From a bacterium (GTDB taxonomy: Bacteria > UBA8248), in NCBI GenBank assembly GCA_963692865.2, contig OY843592.1, positions 1,120,001 to 1,184,000 on the forward strand: a stretch of 64,000 nucleotides of DNA. Direction: 5' to 3'. Within the stretch, counting starts at the first letter, position 1, and each line of letters opens with the position of its first letter. Below, piece by piece: positions 49,306-60,600 of the stretch. Made by a program: the position numbers and the translations under genes. The notes under the pieces are model-generated. The model did not search any database. It saw only the letters and a list, made by a program, of their open reading frames with translations, and was not told the DNA's origin.

Positions 49306-49568
49306 GGCGGCGCCTTTCTCTTTGGAGCGGCGGTCGGCGGCTTCTGCGCGCCCGGGGGGCCGCCGCGACAGGATACGCAAAGGCGGGCGCCCGGACAAGC
49401 GGGAGGCGGATGAAATTTTTGCAATCCGCTTTCATGCGCCGCGGGACCGGCCATGCGCCCGGCTTGCGGAATACGGGCGAAATGAGTTGCGCGGGGGGTG
49501 AGTCTTTTATACATTGAGCAGGGATTTGCCGTTGCCCGAGCGGGCGCGGCGCGAGCGACGAGGAGACG

Positions 49569-50018
49569 GTGAAGAACATGGATACCTGTCGGATACTCGT
49601 GGTGGACGACGAACCCGATCTCGAAGATCTCGTGAACCAGCGCATGCGGCGCGATATCCGCAGCGGCCGCTATTCGTTCGTCTTCGCCCGCAACGGGGTG
49701 GAGGCGCTCGAACGCCTGAACGGGGACGATGAAATCGACATCGTCCTCACGGACATCAACATGCCGGAGATGGACGGCCTCACGCTGCTCGATCAAATCC
49801 CGGCGTACAACCCGAAGCTGCGCTGCGTGATCGTCTCCGCCTACGGGGACATGAAGAACATCCGCACGGCGATGAACCGGGGCGCGTTCGATTTCCTCAA
49901 CAAGCCGATTGATTTCGATGACTTGCGGCAGACCATCGAGAGGTCCGTGAAGCATCTCGCGACGATGCGGGAGGCCTTCGAGGCGCGCGACAGAATGCTG
50001 GCCGAAGGGAGAGGATGA
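49569..50018 (+). CDS. Stand-alone response regulator receiver protein
   Basis: ILVVDDE, LTDINMPEMDG, SAYGD, FLNKP. Confidence 0.9.
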   Translation: MKNMDTCRILVVDDEPDLEDLVNQRMRRDIRSGRYSFVFARNGVEALERLNGDDEIDIVLTDINMPEMDGLTLLDQIPAYNPKLRCVIVSAYGDMKNIRTAMNRGAFDFLNKPIDFDDLRQTIERSVKHLATMREAFEARDRMLAEGRG

Positions 50019-51238
50019 TGGAGGAGCCGCACAGGATACTCGTGGTGGACGACGAGCCCGATCTGGAGCAGCTCGTGCTGCAGCGCATGCGGCGCGAGAT
50101 CCGGCGCGGCCGCTATTCGTTCGTCTTCGCCCGCAACGGGGTGGAGGCGCTCCAGCGTCTGCGCGAGTGCGCCGATAACGGAAAAGAGCGGATCGACATG
50201 GTGCTCACGGACATCAACATGCCGGAGATGGACGGCCTCACGCTGCTCGATCAAATCCCCTCGGTCGACACCAACGTGCGCTCCGTGGTCGTCTCAGCCT
50301 ACGGGGACATGAAGAACATCCGCACGGCGATGAACCGGGGCGCGTTCGACTTCGTCACCAAGCCGATCGATTTCGAGGATTTGCGGATCACCATAGAGCG
50401 GACCCTGGAGCACCTCGCCATGCTGCGCGAGGCTCTCGATGCGCGCGACAGGCTGGTCGCGCTGAGGAGCGACCTCTCCCTGGCCAGCAAGATGCAGCAA
50501 TCGATCCTGCCGACGAAATTCCCCGAAAGCCCCCACTACGAGATATTCGGGGGCATGGAGCCCGCCCGAGACGTGGGGGGCGATTTTTTTGACATCATCG
50601 AATTGGCCGACGGCCGCCTCGCCATGACGGTCGCCGACGTTTCGGGCAAGGGGGTGCCCGCCGCCCTGTTCATGATGTCGAGCCGCACGCTGCTCAACAG
50701 CGTCGCCGTTGCGCGCGCCCATCCGGGCGACGTGCTCGGCGAGGTCAACCGTATGCTCCAGCCCGGCGACGTGCTGAGCGAGGTGAACCGCCTGCTCCAG
50801 GAGAACAACGACGCCGCGATGTTCGTCACCGTCTTCTTCGCCATTTTCGACGCCGCGACCGGCGAGATCATCTACTCGAACGGCGGGCACAATCCCCCCG
50901 TCGTCCTCCATGCCGACGGGTCATCGAGCCTGCTTTCCCAGGATCCGGGGATCGCCCTCGGGATCGCGCCCGAATTCAGCTACGACATATATAAAGCGAC
51001 TATCGCGCTCGGCGACGCCCTCGTTCTCTACACCGACGGCGTGACGGAGGCGGAGAACGAGAAGACCGAGCAGTTCGGCCTCGACCGCCTCCGGGGGATT
51101 CTCGGAGGTTCGCCGCCGGCCTCCGCCCGGGAGATCAACGAGAAAGTTTTCGAGGCGGTCAAGGAGTTCGCGGGCACTGCGCCCCAGTTCGACGACGTCA
51201 CCTGCCTGACCCTTTATCGTCGCGGAGGGGGGGAATGA
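50015..51238 (+). CDS. REC + PP2C (SpoIIE/RsbU-type) serine phosphatase
   Basis: REC domain followed by QQSILP, VGGDFFD, ADVSGKG, MFVT, NGGHNPP, YTDGVTE, DDVT. Confidence 0.93.
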   Translation: MMEEPHRILVVDDEPDLEQLVLQRMRREIRRGRYSFVFARNGVEALQRLRECADNGKERIDMVLTDINMPEMDGLTLLDQIPSVDTNVRSVVVSAYGDMKNIRTAMNRGAFDFVTKPIDFEDLRITIERTLEHLAMLREALDARDRLVALRSDLSLASKMQQSILPTKFPESPHYEIFGGMEPARDVGGDFFDIIELADGRLAMTVADVSGKGVPAALFMMSSRTLLNSVAVARAHPGDVLGEVNRMLQPGDVLSEVNRLLQENNDAAMFVTVFFAIFDAATGEIIYSNGGHNPPVVLHADGSSSLLSQDPGIALGIAPEFSYDIYKATIALGDALVLYTDGVTEAENEKTEQFGLDRLRGILGGSPPASAREINEKVFEAVKEFAGTAPQFDDVTCLTLYRRGGGE

Positions 51239-51654
51239 GCGCGAAACTATCCTTGACGATGAGGTTCGAAGCCTCCGACCTCCCGCAAATCCAATCCGCC
51301 ATCGGGGAGTTCAGCCGGGAGCAGGACTGGCCGCCCGACATCGAATTCCAGGTCGACCTCGTGCTCGAAGAACTGGTGCTCAACGTCGTGCACCACGGCA
51401 GCGACCGCGGAGAGGGTGAAATCACCATCGAAATCTTCTCGGACGCGGACGCGGTGATCATCGAGATCATCGACGACGGCCGGCCGTTCGACCCCCTGAC
51501 CGACGCGCCCGATCCCGACACCGAATCGGCCATCGAAGACCGCCCCGTGGGCGGGCTCGGCATCCATCTGGTGCGGACGATGATGGACGAAGTGGCCTAT
51601 CGGCGGGAGGAGAACAAGAACCACATTCGCCTCGTCAAGCGGAGGAGTGAATGA
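51235..51654 (+). CDS. RsbW/SpoIIAB-like anti-sigma Ser/Thr kinase (HATPase_c_2)
   Basis: EELVLNVVHH, IDDGRPFDP, GGLGIHLV. Confidence 0.9.
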   Translation: MSAKLSLTMRFEASDLPQIQSAIGEFSREQDWPPDIEFQVDLVLEELVLNVVHHGSDRGEGEITIEIFSDADAVIIEIIDDGRPFDPLTDAPDPDTESAIEDRPVGGLGIHLVRTMMDEVAYRREENKNHIRLVKRRSE

Positions 51655-52844
51655 GGCTCCCGCTCCGGACCCGCCGGGCGTTTATCCTGCTTGCCGCCGC
51701 GATAATCTGCTCGGCGTCGGAAGCGCGGGCGGCCGCGCCCGGGGTTTCCCCCCGGCGGATTCTTTTCGGCCAGTCCGCCGCTTTCACCGGTCCCGCCAGG
51801 GCGCTGGGCGAGGAGATGCGGCTCGGGGTCGAAGCCGCCTTTCGCGCGGAGAACGCGCGCGGCGGCGTTCACGGGCGCCGGCTCGAACTCACCTCCCTCG
51901 ACGATGCGTATGAACCCGAAGCCGCCATCCTGAACACCCGCCGGTTGATAGAACAGAACAAGGTTTTCGCCCTCATCGGGGCCGTCGGAACGCCCACCTC
52001 GCGCTCGGCCACGCCGGTCGCCGCAAATGCGGGCGTCCCCTACATCGCGCCCTTCACCGGCGCCGCCTTCCTGCGCGACCCCAAATGGAAGAATATCATC
52101 AACCTGCGCGCCTCCTACTTCCAGGAGACCGAGGAGATGGTGAATCGGCTGATCAGGGACTTGGGCGTCAAGAAGATCGCCGTGCTCTACCAGGACGATT
52201 CTTTCGGCTTGGCGGGCTACCGGGGCGTTCGCCGCGCCCTTGAGCGGCGAAACCTGAAACCGGCGGTCACCGGGGTGTATCCGCGGAATACGACGGCGGT
52301 CAAAACGGCCCTGCTCGACATCAGGCGCGCGAAACCCGCAGCGGTGATCCTGGTGGGGGCTTACAAGCCGGTCGCCGCCTTCATCGCCTGGGCGCGCCAT
52401 ACGGGTTTCAATCCGATTTTCGTGACGCTCTCCTTCGTGGGCAGCAATGCGCTCGTGCGTGAGCTCGGCCCCGCCGGGGTCGGAATCTACGTCACCCAGG
52501 TGGTTCCGTTTCCGACGACGGAAAATCTTGAGATCGCAGCGGACTTCAGGCGGGACCTGGAGGCTCACAAGCCCGGCGCGGCCCCCAGCTTCGTCTCCTT
52601 CGAGGGCTACATGGCCGGCAGACTGGCCATCCGCGCCCTCGAGTTGTGCGGGCGCGAGCCCGATCGCGACTGTCTTCTGAAGAGCCTGCGACGCGCGGCC
52701 GCCATCGACCTCGGCGGATTCAAGCTCCGCTACGGCAAGGATGACAACCAGGGCTCGGACGCCGTTTTCCTCACCGTCGTCGGCGAGGGCGGCCGCTACA
52801 TTCCGACCGAAAAAATACGGCGGCCGGAGCAGGAGCAACGATGA
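51651..52844 (+). CDS. Periplasmic ligand-binding protein (Peripla_BP_6), probably a sensory partner of the adjacent kinase
   Basis: Signal peptide, FGQSAAFTGP, LDDAYEP, GAVGTPT, NLRASY. No ABC permease adjacent. Confidence 0.85.
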   Translation: MRLPLRTRRAFILLAAAIICSASEARAAAPGVSPRRILFGQSAAFTGPARALGEEMRLGVEAAFRAENARGGVHGRRLELTSLDDAYEPEAAILNTRRLIEQNKVFALIGAVGTPTSRSATPVAANAGVPYIAPFTGAAFLRDPKWKNIINLRASYFQETEEMVNRLIRDLGVKKIAVLYQDDSFGLAGYRGVRRALERRNLKPAVTGVYPRNTTAVKTALLDIRRAKPAAVILVGAYKPVAAFIAWARHTGFNPIFVTLSFVGSNALVRELGPAGVGIYVTQVVPFPTTENLEIAADFRRDLEAHKPGAAPSFVSFEGYMAGRLAIRALELCGREPDRDCLLKSLRRAAAIDLGGFKLRYGKDDNQGSDAVFLTVVGEGGRYIPTEKIRRPEQEQR

Positions 52845-55033
52845 AAGGCGCGCTGAAAAACCTGCTGGACAAGCGTTACAAGATATCGACGCAACTCTAC
52901 CTCAGCATCGGCGCCGCCGCTTCTCTCACCGTCATCGCGAGCGTGGTCGCGTGGGTCTCTTTCGGGTTCGTGGGAGAGGTGCAGAACCGCGTGAACGAGG
53001 GCACCGTCCCGTTCCTGGCGAGCGCCTTTGGAATCGCCCAGGAGAGCACCGCCCTGGTGGCGGCCGCGCCGCGGCTGGCCGCGGTGGTGAATCCCGATAA
53101 TCTGAACCAGATAGCCACCGAGGTCGCCAAGGACCAGGAGGCGTTCGAGACGGCGCTTGCGGCGCTGATTCGCCAGGAAGGGAACGAGGAAATCTCCCTG
53201 CGCATCAAGAAGCTCGGAGAGGTGCTGATAGAGAACCTCAACGCCATCAAACGACTGGTGCTGCAGCGTTTCGACCTCACCGATCTGCGTGATACCCTGC
53301 AACTCCAGCTCACGTGGGTGCGCAAGGAACTGAACAACGTCATGGTTCCCGCCATCGACGATCAGCTGTTCTACGCAATGACGGGCTACGGCAAAATCGG
53401 CAAGGCGTCCGTTCCCCGCGAGAAACACTTCTCCGAAGAGGGAATCAACCTCTACCGCTACATCGCCGGCTTGCGGTCGGACGCCACCATCGCAACGCAG
53501 CTTCTCGCCACCGCCTTCAGCGTGTCGGACGCCGCCCAGCTCGAGCCGTTGCGCGAGCGGTTCGAGGCCACGGCGCGCGGCATCAGGCGGCGTATGAACG
53601 CGCTCGGGAAGGTTCCGGTGCGCGCGGCTCTCGAACCTCTCTTCGAACAGATGATCGAGCTGAGCATCGGGGAGGAGGGGGGGTTCAGCCTGCGCGCGCG
53701 CGAACTGGCGCTCGAGAGGAAACAGGGCGAGTTGCTCGCGTTTCACGAATCTCAGGAAGCGAAGATCCTGGCCGCCACGCAAACGCTGGTGAGCACGGCC
53801 CGCATGAGCGCGAAGCAGGCCACCCAGGACTCCGCCCAGGCCATCAGCATGGGCGGCAACATCCTGCTCGCGCTGAGCGCCATCAGCTTCGTCGGCGCCG
53901 TGCTGATCGGGTGGTTGTTCATCGGCCGCGTGCTGTCGCGCCGGCTCGGGCGGCTCTCGGACCGCATGCGCCGCATGGCCGACGGCGACCTGGAGGAGAG
54001 GGTCGACATCGGCGGTCAGGACGAAGTGGCGGAAATGGCGGCGGCGCTGGAGATATTCCGCCGCCACGCCCTGGAGGTGCAGCGCTTGAACCTCGTGGAG
54101 AAACTCGCCGAGGAGATCAAGGCGAAGAACGAAGAGCTCGAGACCACGCTGGGCGACCTGGAGAAGGCGCAGGATCAGATCGTCATGCGCGAGAAACTCG
54201 CGGCGCTCGGCGAACTGACGGCGGGCGTCGCCCACGAGATCAGAAATCCGCTGAACTTCATCAAGAACTTCTCGGAAGTTTCCGAAGAGTTGATGGAGGA
54301 GTTGATGGAAGAGCTGGAGAAGGCGCTGGATCACGGCGGCAACGGACAGGAAAACGGACAAGGAGCGAAGGAAGAGGAGAAAAAACAGGACGAGGAGGAG
54401 GATCCGGTCGAGCTCATCAACGAAATCGGAGAGGACCTGACTGGCAATCTCCAGCGCATCCGCGAGCACGGGGAGCGGGCCAACAGCATCGTGGAGAGCA
54501 TGCTCCAGATGGGCAGGGGGTCGGGCGAAGCGCAGCCGACCAACATCAATACCCTGCTCGATGAACACACGCGCCTCGCCTATCACAGCGCCCGGGCGGC
54601 CGACCCGAACTTCAACCTCACGATCGATTGGGATCTGGACCCGGACATGGTGGAATGCGAAGTCATTCCGCAGGATTTGGGGCGCGTCTTCCTGAACATG
54701 GTGAGCAACGCCTGCTACGCCACCGACGAGAAGCGAAAAAATCTCACCGCCTCGGCAGGTGAAGATGAACCGCGCTACGACCCCACCCTGAAACTCGCTA
54801 CGAGATGCGGCCCGGACGGCATCGAGGTGCGCATTCGCGATAACGGTAGCGGTATGCCGCCCGAAGTCGCCGAGAAGATATTCAACCCATTCTTCACGAC
54901 AAAGCCGACGGACAAGGGCACCGGGCTCGGCCTCTCGCTCTCCAGCGACATCATTCGTCAGCACGGGGGAAACATACGGGTCGAAACCGAGCCGGACGAA
55001 TTCACGGAGATGGTCATCGAGTTGCCGCGATGA
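52841..55033 (+). CDS. Membrane sensor histidine kinase (TorS-like helical periplasmic domain, HAMP, HisKA, HATPase)
   Basis: Two TMs, DEVAEMA (HAMP), [34 protein letters not shown]. Confidence 0.9.
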   Translation: MKGALKNLLDKRYKISTQLYLSIGAAASLTVIASVVAWVSFGFVGEVQNRVNEGTVPFLASAFGIAQESTALVAAAPRLAAVVNPDNLNQIATEVAKDQEAFETALAALIRQEGNEEISLRIKKLGEVLIENLNAIKRLVLQRFDLTDLRDTLQLQLTWVRKELNNVMVPAIDDQLFYAMTGYGKIGKASVPREKHFSEEGINLYRYIAGLRSDATIATQLLATAFSVSDAAQLEPLRERFEATARGIRRRMNALGKVPVRAALEPLFEQMIELSIGEEGGFSLRARELALERKQGELLAFHESQEAKILAATQTLVSTARMSAKQATQDSAQAISMGGNILLALSAISFVGAVLIGWLFIGRVLSRRLGRLSDRMRRMADGDLEERVDIGGQDEVAEMAAALEIFRRHALEVQRLNLVEKLAEEIKAKNEELETTLGDLEKAQDQIVMREKLAALGELTAGVAHEIRNPLNFIKNFSEVSEELMEELMEELEKALDHGGNGQENGQGAKEEEKKQDEEEDPVELINEIGEDLTGNLQRIREHGERANSIVESMLQMGRGSGEAQPTNINTLLDEHTRLAYHSARAADPNFNLTIDWDLDPDMVECEVIPQDLGRVFLNMVSNACYATDEKRKNLTASAGEDEPRYDPTLKLATRCGPDGIEVRIRDNGSGMPPEVAEKIFNPFFTTKPTDKGTGLGLSLSSDIIRQHGGNIRVETEPDEFTEMVIELPR

Positions 55034-55137
55034 GCGGCCTCGGCCGCCCGCTCAGGATATCCGGGAAAATTTCGGGAGAGATGAAGGATTGCAGGGCGGC
55101 GCGCGAAGGCGACGAAGAAGGCTTTGCTTTCGACCCG

Positions 55138-55476
55138 TCAGCCTGCGGTCGCGGCGAGCGCCTCCGCCTTCGAGCCGTGGATCTGTATGATTCGGTCGAA
55201 ACCGGATATCTCGAAAACCTCGCGCGTCAGTTCACCGAGCGCGTACAGTGCGAACATCGTATTGTTTTGGCTGAGTTGCTTGGCGACCAGCAGGACGGCG
55301 CGGAGGCCGGCGCTGCTGATATACGAGACACCCTCGAAATTGACGATGACGGCGCGGTCGCCGTCGCTGATGACGTTCTTTATCGTACTTTCGAATTCAG
55401 GAGCGGTGGCGCCGTCGATGCGGCCATCAACCTGCACGACCAAGGTACCGTTTTCCTGCTCAGTCTTGATTTCCAT
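55138..55476 (-). CDS. STAS-domain anti-sigma factor antagonist
   Basis: GRIDGATA, YISSAGLR (phospho-Ser), VFEISGF. Confidence 0.92.
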   Translation of the reverse strand: MEIKTEQENGTLVVQVDGRIDGATAPEFESTIKNVISDGDRAVIVNFEGVSYISSAGLRAVLLVAKQLSQNNTMFALYALGELTREVFEISGFDRIIQIHGSKAEALAATAG

Positions 55477-55950
55477 GCCCGGCTCTGCCTCCCACAACGG
55501 CCTGAGATATTTTCCGTTATCGGCCCGATACCACGAGAGTGTACGCCCAGGCCGTAAATTTACTCCGCCTAGCGTAATACATTATATCACACGAATGCAA
55601 CGACATTCCCCGCGTTCGCGCAAAAACAACGTAGTCATAATGACCACTTCTTCGAGAAAGACGCTAGCCAGCATATACAATTTCTCCCCTTTTGGCAACT
55701 TATGGGGTCGTTTTCGGTTCAATATCATTTTTACCGCCCCGCGCAGGAAGTTCCTGACGGCCCGGTCAGTTTGCTCCCATTTCGTTGACAATCTGCCGGG
55801 AATCAGTGAAACTTGGCGAAATGCGACACGACGAATGACGAGGTTTTCCGTTGCGCTAGGTTTGCTCCTTGGGGCGGGACGGGACGCTCGGGCAGGCCTC
55901 TCCATATTCTGCCCAGGTCATTTTTTTGTTCTACCCCTGTACAAGGAGGC

Positions 55951-57408
55951 ATGATGAATCTCTCGGCAGAAGCAACAAAAGGGGCTGGTGACGACGGCCT
56001 GCGGATGACGTCCGACGCGATGCTGGAGCTCGCGCGCCGGGCGGCGGAACTCCTCGTGGAGCGCACCGAGGGCCTCAGCGAAGGAGGCGCCTGGGACGGG
56101 GATTTCCAGCAGGAGCTCGAAAAACAACTCATGGAGGCGCCGCCCGAAGAGGGACGTTCGGCGAAGGAGGTATTGGAGCGCGCCGCGCGTGATATTCTCC
56201 CTTATTCGTTGCGTCTGGACCATCCCCGCTCCCTCGCGTTCGTCTCGGCCTCGCCCACCTGGCCGGGGGTGCTGGCCGACTTCATGGCTGCCGGCTACGC
56301 CATCAACCAATGCACCTGGCTGGTCGCGAGCGGCCCGAGCCAGCTCGAACTGGTGGTCATCGACTGGTTCCGGCGCTGGGTCGGTTATCCCGACGGCGCG
56401 GGCGGTCTTTTCACGAGCGGGGGATCGGCGGCGAGCCTGGACGCGTTCGTCGCGGCGCGCGAGGCGGCGGGTCATCCCGATCGCGCGAGCGTCTACATGA
56501 GCGACCAGAGCCACAGCGCGCACGTCCGCGCGGCGCGCATCATCGGGGTTCGCCCCGAGCGCATCCGGTTGCTCCCGTGCGATGAACGCTTCCGGCTGGA
56601 TATGGAAGCGCTCGCTCGCGCCGTGAATGAGGATCGCGCGGCGGGGCTTCACCCCATAGCGGTCTGCGCCAACGCCGGAGCGGTCAGCACCGGGGCCATC
56701 GACCCGCTCGAAGAGATGGCGGATTTCTGCGAGGCGCAAGGAATCTGGCTGCACGTCGACGCCGCCTACGGCGGTTTCGCGGCCGTGACCGAGCGGGGCA
56801 GGGAACTCCTCACAGGCATGGAGCGCGCCGATTCGATAGGGATGGACGCGCACAAATGGTTCTTCCAGCCCTACGAGGCGGGCGCCCTGCTCGTCAAGGA
56901 CGTCAGCACGCTCGAACGCGCCTTCGCGGTGCGCCACGACATTCTCCAGGACACGATATGGGGCGCGAACCACCCGAACTTCTCGGACCGCGGCCTGCAG
57001 CTGAGCCGCTCGTTCCGTGCGCTCAAGGTCTGGATGTCGGTGCAGACCTTCGGGATGGGCGCGTTCCGGCGGGCCGTCTCGAAGGGGATGGAACTGGCCG
57101 ACCGGGCCGAGGAATACGTTCGCGAGAGTCCGGTTCTGGAGATGCTTACGCCCGTCTCGCTGGGGATCGTGTGCTTCCGGGTCAATCCGGCGGACGCAGG
57201 CCTCGACGAGAGAGCGATCGAGGATCTCAACAAAACGATGCTCGCCCGCGTCTTCTGGGACGACAAGGCGTTCATCTCCTCGACGCTTCTCAAGGGAAAG
57301 TTCGCGCTGCGCTTTTGCATCATCAACCACACGACGACCTGGGACGACGTGCGCGAGACGCTCGAGACCATCGAGCGCTTCGGCAAAGAAGCGCTGGGTA
57401 CGGGTTGA
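55951..57408 (+). CDS. Group II PLP-dependent (aromatic-L-amino-acid-like) decarboxylase
   Basis: RBS AAGGAGG. DHPR, GLFTSGG, SDQSHS, TGAIDPL, WLHVDAAYGG, DAHKW (PLP Lys), SRSFRALK.W. Confidence 0.88.
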   Translation: MMNLSAEATKGAGDDGLRMTSDAMLELARRAAELLVERTEGLSEGGAWDGDFQQELEKQLMEAPPEEGRSAKEVLERAARDILPYSLRLDHPRSLAFVSASPTWPGVLADFMAAGYAINQCTWLVASGPSQLELVVIDWFRRWVGYPDGAGGLFTSGGSAASLDAFVAAREAAGHPDRASVYMSDQSHSAHVRAARIIGVRPERIRLLPCDERFRLDMEALARAVNEDRAAGLHPIAVCANAGAVSTGAIDPLEEMADFCEAQGIWLHVDAAYGGFAAVTERGRELLTGMERADSIGMDAHKWFFQPYEAGALLVKDVSTLERAFAVRHDILQDTIWGANHPNFSDRGLQLSRSFRALKVWMSVQTFGMGAFRRAVSKGMELADRAEEYVRESPVLEMLTPVSLGIVCFRVNPADAGLDERAIEDLNKTMLARVFWDDKAFISSTLLKGKFALRFCIINHTTTWDDVRETLETIERFGKEALGTG

Positions 57409-57615
57409 TGGCCTCGGCGCCCACCCGGGCCCGATCTCCCCGCATCCCCCTCGCAGCCCACTTCAAAAAACTTGCCTCCACGCGCTCTCTGGCGTAATCT
57501 GAACGTATTCGAGTTTCTTGCGACGCTATCACGCTCGCTTTTCCGCTTCCGGAAAGGAAGCGGCGTTTCCCGCTCCCGCCCCGATGAAGCGGGATTCGGC
57601 TCAGGAGGCCCCACG

Positions 57616-60600
57616 ATGAGATTTCCGAGACGAATGGTTTTGACCGCACTCATCCTTTCGCTGGCCGGCGTCCTGTCCGGCGCGCTCGCCGCCTTCGCGC
57701 AGGATTGCCCGCGCCCGTCGGGCGTCGCCCCGAACTCGCTCGAAACCCCGGACGTTACGGCCGCGCAGGCGGCGGCGAACCCCACGGCCGCGAACCTCAA
57801 GGCCTTCGCCCTGGCGGGGAAAGACCTGATAGCGAGTTCCAGGACGTTTCCTGCGAATTCATACGTTTTGTGTCTTTTCAAGAATCATTCGAACTGGAAT
57901 TCCGGCTCCATCTACGTCACGGGCCTGACTCCGGACGGGAGACTGCTCTTTCACCCGAACAATGCGAATCTCGGGGGCAGGCGGCTCAACCCCGCCCTTT
58001 GGGGACAGATCGCCGGCGCGGCCGGTTTGACTCCAAGGGGTTTCAGCAATCCGGACGGCGGCGCTTTGCCGGGAGGCGGGCATGCGGTCGGTTATATAGA
58101 CGGTCTTTCCAACTTCCCGCACATCGTGGTGGCCGGCCTCGATATCCAGGAATCCAGCCTAGTGAAGGAAGTCCTCGACCCGGGCGCCATCCCGGCCGTA
58201 ACGGCCAGGGACGTGGTGGACCGCGCGACGCTCGAGGCCTTCGTGAACGGGGCGAGGACTTTCATGGGAAACTTCTTCCGTGACCGCGGCAACACCTTTT
58301 CAAAACTGAGGAGCGTCTTCAGGACCGAGCATTGGAGGCACGGCGAAATCTACCTGTTCCTGATGGATGAAAGCGGCTACACGTTCTTTCACGGGGGGGA
58401 TCCGGGGCGATACGAACTCGCCACCCCCACGGACACCTTGCGGGACGTCGTCACCGGCAAGCTCATTCTGCCGCAGATCATCGAGGCGGCGAAGAAACCC
58501 GGCGGCGGCTTCGTGCAGTACTATTTCGACAACCCCGACGACGACACGGACAGCGCCGACGTGCCGAAGGTGACCTTCGCCCGCAGTCTCAGGAATGAAG
58601 TTACTGGAAATTCATTCATCATCGGCGCGGGGATCTACAGGGACCCGGGCGCGGTGTCCGAGGCCGTCTGCCCGCGCCCGGCGGGCGTGGCGGTGAATAC
58701 GCTGGAGACCCCGGACGTTACGGCCGCGCAGGCGGCGGCGAACCCCACGGCCGCGAACCTCAAGGCCTTCGCCCTGGCGGGGAAACGGTATCTGGCGAGC
58801 GTTCGTCCGGGGCCGGAATTGGTGTACAGCGGGTGCCTCCTCAGGAATGAGGGCCCCTGGAAGGCAGGCTCCAACTACGTCGTCACCATGACCACCGACG
58901 GCAGGGTGCTCTTGCACTCGGGCAATATGGCCTTGAGCGGCAAGCCGCTCAAGGCCGCCGTCTGGAGGGCGATAGCCGCCGCGACCGGCGCGGCCGCCCT
59001 GGGAACGACGGGCGCCTTCGGGAAACCGGACGGAGGCGCCCTGCCGGCGGAGGTCGGCGGCGGCTACGCCGTCGGCTTCAAGCGCACCCAGGGAGGCGCC
59101 ACGTTCATCCTGGTCGCCGGCCTCGACATCGGGAAATCCGACCTCGCGCCGGAAACCGTCGACCCCGGCAATCCGCCGATCCGGGCCGATCAGGTGGTGG
59201 ACCGCGCGACGCTCAAGACCTTCGTGAAAGGAGCGAAGGACTACGTCCTCCAGCTCTACAGGACCGAAGGCCGCAGCGCCTTTTCGAAGGCGAAGAGCGT
59301 CCTCCGGGACCCGAAAGGCCCCTGGCGGAGCGGTCCCGTCTATCTCTTCATCATGGAGCCCACCGGCTACACGATCTTCCACGGGGCGTTTCCGGACAAG
59401 TACGAACTCCAGACCCCGACGGCCACCCTCAGGGATCAGGTCACCGGCGATCTCATCCTGCCGCAGATCATCAATGCGGCGAAGAAACCCGACGGCGGCT
59501 TCGTGAAGTATTATTTCGACAACCCCGACGACGACACCGACAGCGCCACGGTCCCCAAGGTGACCTATGCGGTCCGGCACGTCATTCGTGCTACGCGGGC
59601 GGACGGCAGCACGTTCGAATACCCGCTCATCTTCGGCGCGGGGATCTACGGCGATCCGGACACGGTGTCCGAGGACGCCTGCCCGCGCCCGCCGGGCGTC
59701 GCGAAGAACCCGCTGGAGACCCCAAGCGTCACGGCCGCCCAGGCGGCGGAGAGCGCGGAGAACCTGAAGGCCTTCGCCCTGGCGGGGAAACGGTATCTGG
59801 CGAGCGTCCGCGTGGGGCCGGAATTGACGTACAGCAGGTGCCTCTTCAGGCATGAGGGGCCCTGGAAGACCGGCGCCACCTACGCCGCCACCATTTCCCT
59901 CGACGGCAGGGTGATCTTTCACTCGGGCAATATGGCCTTGAGCGGCAGGCCGCTCAAGCCCGCCGTCCGGGGGGCGATAGCCGCCGCGACCGGCGCGGCC
60001 GCCCTGGGAACGACGGGCGCCTTCGGGAAGCCGGACGGCGGCGCCCTGCCCGGCGGCGGCTACGCCGTCGGCTTCAAGCGCACCGTCGGAGGCGGCACGG
60101 GAATCCTGGTCGCCGGCCTGGACATCAGGGAATCACAACACCTCGCGCCGGAAACCGTCGACCCCGGCGATCCGCCGATCCGGGCCGACCAGGTGGTGGA
60201 CCGCGCGACGCTCAAGACCTTCGTGAACGGAGCGAAGGACTACGTCCTCCAGCTCTACAGGACCGAAGGCCACAGCGCCTTCACGAAGGCGAAGAGCGTC
60301 CTCCGGGACCCGAACGGACCTTGGAGACACGGCCCCGTCTACCTCTTCATAATGGAGCCCACCGGCTACACGCTCTTCCACGGGGCGTTCCCGGACAAGT
60401 ACGAGCTCCAGGCCCCCACGAATACCCTGCGGGACGCCGTCACCGGCAAGCTCATCCTGCCGCAGATCATCCAGGCGGCGACCGCCAACCCCGACGGCGG
60501 CTTCGTGAAGTATTATTTCGACAACCCGGACGACGACACGGACAACGCCACGGTCCCCAAGGTGACCTATGCGGTCCGGCACGTCATTCGGGGGCAGAGG

